This document shows, piece after piece, positions 62,238 to 64,000 of a DNA stretch of 64,000 nt (position 1 is the first letter of the stretch; each line of letters starts with the position of its first letter). A model generated the notes under the pieces. That model ran no database searches. It was not told where the DNA came from and saw nothing but the letters and a program-made list of their open reading frames with translations. A program made the translations under genes and the position numbers. The stretch lies in assembly GCF_021028975.2 (NCBI RefSeq), contig NC_059429.1:112406001-112470000 (forward strand), given 5' to 3'. The DNA comes from Sphaerodactylus townsendi (Eukaryota).

Positions 62238-62657
62238 CTAGGCTGGCCTGGGCCGCTGAGCTCGATTATTAGCATTAAACCTAAGACCTAGTTTTGGGGA
62301 AGCAGTGTAGGTAGCCCTGTTAAGTGCTGTTAAACCCCATTGATTTTCATGTGAAGAACTAAAGCGCTATCCTTTACCTGGAAGTAAGCTCGGTTGCTGG
62401 CAATGGGGCTCGCTTCTGAGTAAACCCTCCTAGGGTCGTGATTCACCCGTTGGAAGAGTTGCACGGTTGTTTCAAAGCAAAGCCACCGACTACCACCAAG
62501 CTTACTCCCGAGTAATGCACGCCTCAGAGCCAACCGTTTTTTTCTAAACTAAAACCTCAATATTCAGGTTAAATTGCCGTGTTGGCACTTTGCGATAAAT
62601 AAGTGGGTTTTGGGGTGCAATTTGGGCACTCGGTCTTGAAAAGGTTCACTATCACTG
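62089..62657 (+). mobile_element. Non-autonomous hAT (hAT1-like) element, longer copy of 4936-5311
   Basis: TIRs CAGTGGTGGCGAACC / GGTTCACTATCACTG; perfect TSD CCCTAGAG; internal (CA)n. Confidence 0.9.
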
Positions 62658-63149
62658 CCCTAGAGGCAACAGCCTTACAGTCTTCCTTTTATTACCTAGT
62701 AGTGCTCCTGTTCAGTTAGTTATAGTTTAAGGTGCCAGTGGAGAAGAGGAAAGCAGCACCTCCAAACATAATGGAATACTCTCCCGGGCAACCTTCCCTA
62801 GTAATAGAAGGGCTCTATTGTTAGTGAGAAGACACTTTCCATTGTTAGAGAGAAGACATTAAATACCTAGTCTAAGCTATTTGCATGCACATCAAGTTTT
62901 TATTGTTGGAGGATTTCCACCACAGTGCAGACATTTCTTATTACATGAGGTCAGAACAGGCAAGCAGTCTGGAATGCCATTTGTGTACTTTTAATATATC
63001 TTATCAAACCTTCCTGGCTCATTTACTTTTGCGCATTCCTCTTTAAGGCAAAGAAATAACATCTGGGTCTCATCTTTTCTATTCTCCTGTCTGAACAGTG
63101 AACCACAGGGGGAAACTGTGTTGCAACAATTTCCACCTATCATGAATTA

Positions 63150-64000
63150 ATCAATTAATTAAATTTTATTGGAATTATACCCCATCCATTCCTTAACATA
63201 GTCAGCTCAGGGCGGCTTACAAACAAATAAAACAATACATATAAAACCAACCTCTAAGATAAGGCTGAAATAACTAAAACCTAACATATATCCACAGATG
63301 GCAGAACTTATAATACCCTCATTCAGTCTACAATCAACAACTCCAATCTGTCATTAGTCTTTTTCCTAGTATCATCATGATGACATAAGGGATAACAGGA
63401 GCCAGATGACAATAACAATCAATGCAAAAGAAGGGGTGGGGAGGCATTCAGATTAAGGTGCCTAACGCTAGGTGGTCATTAATGACTGATGGTTGATAGT
63501 TGATGGTTTGGAGGCTAGCAAGGTGGGTGGCTTCAGGCAAAGGCCTGGTTGAACGTGTCTGTCTTGCAGGGCCCACACAACTGATTAACACCCCGCAGGG
63601 CCCCCGTGTCATCTGACAGTTCCACCAGGCTGGAGCCAGGGCTGAAAAAGCCCTGGCCCTGGTCAAGGTCAATCTTGGACCAGGAACCACCAGCAGATGA
63701 ATCAAAATGCCCCCTGCAGGCAATATGGGAAGATGTAGTTCTGAAGATAGGAGGGTTCCAAACTGCTCAAGGCCTCAAAAGTCAGAACTAACACCTTGAA
63801 CATGATCTGGAATTTGAATGGCAACCAACACAGCCAGCACAAAATGGGAGTAATTTGCTCCCTTGCTGTTGTTACAGTGAGGAGCTTGGCCACTGCACGT
63901 TGGACCAGCTTTAACTTCTGGATCAGTCCCAAGGGCAGGCCCACATAAAACGAGTTACAGTGGTCCAGCCTGGAGGTGACCGTCACATGGATCACTATGG
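63150..64000 (-). mobile_element. L2 LINE 3' portion (runs off the window)
   Basis: ORF 63702-63995 IHVTVTSRLDHCNSFYVGLPL..IQKLKLVQRAVAKLL...LCWLPFKFQIMFKVLVLTF; downstream RARAFSALAPAWWN; 3'UTR GTAAGCCGCCCTGAG. Confidence 0.92.

Overview
Vertebrate genomic DNA from a squamate reptile, most likely a gecko judging from its tRNA/CORE-type and 5S-derived SINEs. It holds the 5' end of SULF2 (extracellular heparan-sulfate 6-O-endosulfatase 2) on the minus strand: a CpG-island promoter with a putative non-coding exon 1 (donor at 20829/20830), a ~19.8 kb intron 1, and the first coding exon (983-738; ATG at 912, 175 coding nt). About 42 kb of upstream intergenic DNA follows, with one 206-N assembly gap. 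No other host protein-coding gene is recognisable. The rest is a dense mobile-element record: a degenerate but near-complete DIRS1-type tyrosine-recombinase retrotransposon in intron 1, a Gypsy RT scrap, CR1 and L2 LINE fragments, SINEs, many hAT MITEs with 8-bp TSDs (including a SPIN/URR1-type copy), Harbinger-like palindromic MITEs, and Penelope remnants carrying minimal hammerhead-ribozyme motifs (one with an intact core). The most notable observations are the intact hammerhead core at 46541-46584, two unrelated solo LTRs inserted 17 bp apart at the Pol III A-box of one SINE, and a spliced uORF in frame with SULF2. I found no convincing wholly new biological system. Family names come from my recognition of the sequence, not from database searches.
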